Made by a program: the position numbers and the translations under genes
Assembly (NCBI GenBank): GCA_026025795.1
Contig: JAPEUG010000026.1
Location: forward strand, 62,001-84,943
Reading direction: 5' to 3'
DNA length: 22,943 nt
From: Thelocarpon superellum
Lineage: Eukaryota
Part shown: piece after piece, positions 17,535-22,943 of the stretch
Layout: every line of letters starts with the position of its first letter
Numbering within the stretch: position 1 is the stretch's first letter
Notes under the pieces: generated by a model
Told to the model about the DNA's origin: nothing
The model's input: only the letters and a program-made list of their open reading frames with translations
Database searches by the model: none

Positions 17535-20500
17535 ATGCTTCCAAATGGCGATGAAATCCGACCCTTGAACTTCAACTCCAACAACACCAAGTCGAGAACC
17601 TTGGCCGGCCGGCGTCGTTTAGAGATGGAGCAGAACACAAACCAACTGACGTCCATGCCTATGCCTCCCATCACCCCCCCACGGAACAAAGCGCTCGATT
17701 TGAGCACCGCCAGTCCATCTCAGGCGCCGGTAGCCTCGAAATCTGGATTCTCTCCAGCCTCAGCTGTCCGCGAGAAGCGAGACAGTCTCCCTCGAACAAG
17801 TCCGTTGACCGCCTCGGCCGTCCTCGCATCCTTCCTCTCGGATCGTCCTCCTAAGGAAGGCGGCGCCGCACATGGCTCCACCATAACCTCCGCATCGCCC
17901 TCGTCCCGTCTCCCAAAGCTGCAGCCGAGAGTCCGGCCCTCGTACGTCGAATCAGACTCGGAAGATCTGCTCCTTGCGCCATCGCCTGACCCATTGGCTC
18001 TCTCAAATCCCCGACCCGCCCGCGTCCGCTCGACGGCACCATCCGCCGATAGCAGTAAAGATACCGACCTTTCAGACGATGTCATCATCATGAGCGAGCG
18101 TCGGACGACTGGGGGACACACCCTGCGCTCGCGCGCAGATCTTCTTCGCTCGAGCAAGCTCATTGCCAGCGCGAACGGGCCTAGACGCAAGCGTCGCAGC
18201 AAAGCTGGCGCTTTATCGAAGAACATGGTTCGCTCCTTCAGCCTGTCTCCCTCGACCGGAAAGCGGACTGTGGCAATGTCGTCCTTGAGCTCCCGTCAAG
18301 CCGTGCGCCACGGCATTGCCACCAAGACCGCGGCCCAGCGTGCCCGATTCTTTGTCGCGAACAAAGACTATTTTCTCCCCTTGCTCCCCGAACACAATCA
18401 TATCGCCCGGCTACACGAGAAGGCCTCGTTGGAATCGGTCGAGCGCTCGTCAGCTCCCACCGCCGATGTTGAGGGCCAGGACAAGGTCCATCCTTACGAG
18501 TCCATCACGGAGCAGCCTCAAGGGGTCAGAGCTACCATGAAACCCTACCAATTAGCCGGTCTGTCCTTTCTCATCTATCTCTATCGGAACGGTCTTTCGG
18601 GCATCCTCGGCGACGAGATGGGTCTCGGCAAGACCCTGCAGACGTTGGCCCTCTTGCAATATCTCAAGGAGCATCGGCCTCAAGACTCATCCGGGGACGA
18701 GATTCGGCCATCGCTCGTGGTCTGTCCCCTTAGTGTGCTAAGCTCGTGGATGTCCGAGGCCCGCCGGTGGACGCCCGAGCTCAAGGTCATCCGCTTCCAT
18801 GGACCCGCGCTAGAGCGGAATCGTCTCAAGAGGATCGCCGAGGGCAAAGAGGACTTCTATGGCCACCAGTTGAAGTCATCCAAAACCAGGTCGGCCGCTC
18901 AGCGGAGCAGCTTGGGCCTGTCTGGGCCATCGATGGAGGAGCCGGGCGTCGATGTGGTCGTCACCACATACGAGACATTTCAATCCGAGCAGAGCTGGTT
19001 CAAGCGGGCTTTCGTCTGGACCTATGTCGTCCTGGACGAGGGACACAAGATCAAAAACGATCTCAGCCTAGTGTCCACTGCCTTGCAGGGCCTCGGTGCC
19101 GAGTATCGACTGATCCTTACAGGGTATGTACTTCATGCTGGAGCAGAGAATGTGCTGACCCTCGCGCTCCTCTAGCACACCCCTACAGAACAATCTCGCT
19201 GAGCTCTGGGCTCTCCTGCACTGGCTCTATCCGGATGTCTTCACCGAGAAGACGGCCGAGCTGTTCCAAAAGTCCTTCAACCTCACCAAGGGGCACGTCA
19301 GCACGAGCGTGTTGGACGACGCGCGTCGCCTGCTCGAGTTGGTCATGCTGCGACGCATGAAAACGAGCCCCGGTGTCGACTTGGACTTGCCACCAAAGAC
19401 GGAGGTGCTCCTCTTCGTGCCGCTGACGCCCATGCAGCGCTTTTGGTATGAACGCTTGTTGACCCGGGCCGACCAAGGTCTTCTCGATGAGCTCTTCCAG
19501 GACGCCAAGGGGAAGGAGAAAGCGGCACTCGCTGCGGACAACAATGAGATAAATGAAACGGAGCCAGCGGACATGAGTCGGCCGGACCAAATCAAAGTCG
19601 ACGGTGATCTTGCCATGGACGAATGGAAGGAGTCACGGGAGATCATGAAACAAGCGCTCGAGCAGGAAAGCCTGGAGCAGACTTCGGGCGCATGGCGCAA
19701 GCTGATGAATCTCTTGATGCAGCTAAGAAAGGTAAGCTGGTTGACGAGTGGCTCACTATCTCACTGTGACTGATCATTCTAGTGCTGCAATCATCCCTAT
19801 CTGCTTCCGAATGCCGAACCCTCTCCCTACTCCATCGGCGAGCACATCATTCGCGCTTCGGGCAAGTTCATCGTTCTCGACAAGCTAATCGAGGAGTTGG
19901 TCATCAAGCAGTCCAAGAAGGTCATCATCTTCTCCACTTTCACCAAGATGCTCGATTGCTGCGAAGACTTCTTGTCCCTGAGAGGAGGAGACGGCCAGCG
20001 ATTTCAATATGCACGACTGGATGGTAGCACCTGTCGAGCACGACGAAACCTCGGCATTCGTCTGTTCAACGATCGGAAATCTAGTCAGTAGGGACGTTGC
20101 TGTTGCTACGATCGATGCTGAACTCGTTTCAGGCTGCAAAGTCATGCTCATCTCAACCCGGGCCGGAGGCTTGGGCATTAACTTGGCTTCAGCTTCGGAG
20201 GTGATCCTCATGGATCAGTGGGTCGTCACGTATCTCTGTGGAAGACTTGAGGTTGACATCCGTGCAGGGACTGGAATCCCCAAATCACCCTCCAGGCCGA
20301 GGCACGGGCGCATCGAATTGGCCAGACCCAGCCGGTAACGGTCTATAAGCTATGTACGCAAGGGACAGTCGAAGAGCAGATGATGGGACGAATCCAAAAG
20401 AAGCTGTATCTCTCCGCCAAGGTACGACGGAACATGGCGGGCATATCGGCCGCTGCTAAACATTCGCAGGTCACGGAGTCGATGCGAAACATCCACACCT

Positions 20501-21726
20501 CGAGCGCGCGCAAAGCGAAAATCTCCAAGGCCAAGGTCGGGGCGGACGAGGACATGCCGCAATTGGATACGCAAGCATTGATGACTCTGGTCCGGCGTGG
20601 CGCCCAAACTCTGACCCGCCCAGAGATTGACGTCAACAAGATGCTCGACTGGGACTGGCAGACGACGTTAGAGATGTGCAAAGACAAACCGGTGGACGTG
20701 CACGTGGCCGTGCACACGCAAAGTGGGACGCAGGTCAAAGAGCATGATGAGGCGCGCTGGCTCTCGGAGGTGGAGGCCGTCAGCTCGTACGTCTTCAACG
20801 GCAAGAAGTACGCGCGAGAGAAGGAAGACGCGGCGGCCCTGCAGTTGGATGTAGGGCGCGAAGCCCGACGGCTAGGCAAGAACACTACCGTGATGGTGGA
20901 CGGACACGCTGTCAGCAAAGAAAGCATGCGGTGCAAGGAATGGGAGGCCGTGCCCACCATGGCCGGGACTGATCCTCGCCTGGCGGAGAGAAAGCGCGAG
21001 AAGAAAGCGGAGATTGTCAACCAAGAGGTGTGTTTTCGTGCGCGGAAAACATGTCAGATGCTGACGGACCAACAGCACTGTCAGACCTGCTGGGATGGTG
21101 GTGATCTAGTATGCTGCAGCGGATGTCCTCGCTCTTACCACCACGACTGTCTCGACGAAGACTCGCAGAAGCGCACGAAAACGAAGAGTGGGATCTTCTA
21201 CTGCAGTCAGCATCATTGCTTCGACTGCAACGAGAAGACGGGGAATGCCGGTGGGATGCTGTACCGATGCCGGTGGTGCGAGCATGCCTACTGCGAGGAT
21301 TGTCTGGAATGGGACCGGGTGGATCTCATCGGGGACAATCTCCTGGAATACGAGACCCTGGGCTTCCCGGAGGTCGACCAAGCCTTCTATGTCCGCTGCG
21401 GAGAGTGCAAGGATCGGCAAGAGCATGATCCGCAGGTGCGCCGCCTACGCGATGACTTCGAGATCCTATTCCGCCGGGAGCACGATGCGAAGTTCTCCGA
21501 GCTTACGCTGGAACGCTCTCCCCAGCGCCGGGAATCTCAGACGAGCCGCGCCGCCTCTCTAACGGATGCGGCGACCATTGAGGGCTCGGGGGTCACCACG
21601 CCCGTCATCGAGCTCGACGAGGCGCAGCCATCGCGGAAGCGCAAGGCGGCTGATGTTGGCGGCGGTGCGCCCGCTGCGAAACGTTTCTCACGGCCTTCGC
21701 CACGAACGATGATCATGTTGGATTGA
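17535..21726 (+). CDS. SNF2-family chromatin-remodelling ATPase with C-terminal PHD finger plus Cys/His-rich zinc module (about 1297 aa; start uncertain, alternative 17625). Exons: 17535-19123, 19176-19731, 19783-20083, 20133-20217, 20268-20421, 20470-21027, 21076-21726
   Basis: [115 protein letters not shown]-terminus [26 protein letters not shown]...[11 protein letters not shown]...[12 protein letters not shown]...CGEC. Six GT-AG introns (48-52 nt) give 3894 nt in phase. Confidence 0.93.
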
Positions 21727-22295
21727 ATTCCTTTGAACGAGGAGGCCATGCAAATGCTACTCACGGTGCGAGGAAGATTGGGGCTGCGGGTATGATGCGG
21801 TGTTTCCACTCGGCCGACGACTTGGCTTCATCGGGGAGACTACTTACTGTTTGTCAGATGGTCGCGGTGTGAGTTGACAGCTGTGCATACGTGGCCACCA
21901 GGAAGTGGAGAGATGCGGAGCAACTAGAGAGTACCTGATGCACAAACTGGAGGGGGTAGTCGTAGAGCAACGCGGTTGAATTTAATAATAAGTTCAACGT
22001 ACGTCGTCCTCCAGTGATGAGCCTCCAATCTCCCCGCCCCCATCATCAGACGTCCATGAGTCACTTGCCGTGAAACCGTCGCTCGAGAATGAGCTTTGTC
22101 GCGAATCACAAGACTTTTGCAAATTATAGACCTGGTGGTGTGCGAGTATGTAGGGAGGACGTTCACCGGGGACTCGCTGAACCGGCTCTTGACTTTCCTG
22201 GCACGACTAGAACAAACGACAGTCAGTCTCCACATGATTTGCCAGTCATCAGGATGTCGAGCTTGAAGCGTACCTCTGAAGTCGTCTTTGTCTCA

Positions 22296-22910
22296 CTAAG
22301 ACCACTTGCGATTGTGATGATTTTCGAAGTCATCTGCAAGGTCTTCAGTCGACTTGCCATACACGATCTCGAATAGCGGTGACCAGAACTTGAAGGCGGG
22401 GGTGTCGAGGGTGTCGTGTGTGTGAAGAAGCGCAGCAAGATAATCTATCGTATCACGATCACCACTGCTCCTGTTGACTTGGTGGATGTCCAAGCCCTCC
22501 AAGGATTTGAGGTACGTTGCTGGGATGTTGTGGGTGATAAGGTCTTTGCTGGTGAGCGATCCAGCAAATCGAACCAAGCGGATATTGTTGTGGCCGTGGT
22601 TGTCCTTGTCCTTCGTCATGAGAGTGTCAAACATCTTGGCCAGATCAAGAACGACTTTTTCAGTGATAATTTTGAAGTCGTGGTCTCGTATGACTGAAGC
22701 CTGACAGGCTCTTTGTAAGCTCTGCCTTCATCTCTGTGAACTGCGCCATCGCTGCTTTCATCTCTGTGAACTGCTTCATCTCTGCCTCATCTCTGCCATC
22801 ACTTCCTTCATCTCAGCAAGCCGTTCCTTCATCAACATCGTCGTCTGTTCTTCGACATAGCGGGCCAATCTTTGAACGAAGGCGAAGGCTGAACCGCTTC
22901 CAAAACTCAT
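22296..22910 (-). pseudogene. Orphan ORF (205 codons; frame open to the window edge) with an N-terminal EMK coiled-coil repeat, broken by two compensating frameshifts
   Basis: ATG 22910 frame: MSFGSGSAFAFVQRLARYVEEQTTMLMKERLAEMKEVMAEM, then TGA at 22776-78, 22758-60 and 22728-30, resuming as LQRACQASVIRDHDFKIITEKVVLDLAKMFDTL...NRKWS*. The shifted frame across the gap reads AEMKQFTEMKAAMAQFTEMKAEL, continuing the repeat. Confidence 0.55.
22721..22832. repeat. Degenerate minisatellite with TCATCTCTG core, including a near-duplicated TTCATCTCTGTGAACTGC at 30-nt spacing
   Basis: TTCATCTCTGTGAACTGC at 22727-22744 and 22757-22774; further TCATCTC copies near 22776, 22787 and 22808. Confidence 0.8.
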
Positions 22911-22943
22911 TCGCGGTAAATGGCTGCCTACCCCCCCTGGTCC

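Noticed and set aside
17535..21726. Naming the SNF2 gene ISW1/ISW2 or mit1
   Set aside because: No HAND-SANT-SLIDE, and the PHD is C-terminal rather than N-terminal; orthology cannot be assigned by eye.
263..21809. Many long antisense or alternate-frame ORFs (e.g. 263-967, 7722-8171, 15083-15934, 18746-19360, 20343-21020)
   Set aside because: They are shadows of GC3-rich real genes and have no independent motifs.
22014..22181. Perfect box C (GTGATGA) as a second snoRNA
   Set aside because: The nearest CTGA is about 160 nt away, with no convincing terminal stem and no rRNA complement that I recognise.
22728..22778. Three in-frame TGAs as selenocysteine or UGA recoding
   Set aside because: All three come from reading the repeated GAG ATG AA one base out of phase, and TGA is a normal stop in ASA1, POP4 and the SNF2 gene.
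1..22943. tRNA, rRNA, CRISPR array or transposase/RT genes
   Set aside because: None recognised; the sequence is intron-containing fungal nuclear DNA and its repeats are short and irregular.

Overview
Eukaryotic, GC-rich, gene-dense DNA from a filamentous ascomycete (Pezizomycotina-type GT..CTRAC..YAG introns; 21 hand-called coding-gene introns, all 45-76 nt). Left to right: a Zn(II)2Cys6 transcription factor (-, 3' end off the window) whose zinc cluster is split over five exons including a 4-nt micro-exon; a 2.2-kb divergent spacer; ASA1 (+); DBP7 (-); pantoate--beta-alanine ligase PAN6 (+); RNase P/MRP subunit POP4 (-); a C/D-box snoRNA (+) with a 15-nt 18S rRNA guide inside an unusually long intron of an apparently non-coding transcript divergent from POP4; a fungal CorA-like membrane protein (-); SEN34 (+); a Clr2-family silencing protein (-) head-to-head with a SNF2 ATPase that ends in a PHD plus Cys/His zinc module (+); and a lower-GC, frameshifted orphan coiled-coil ORF (-). 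The best leads are the hidden snoRNA and its host, the Clr2/SNF2-PHD divergent pair with its structured spacer, and the micro-exon. All splice models and family calls were made by eye and from recalled motifs; no searches were run.
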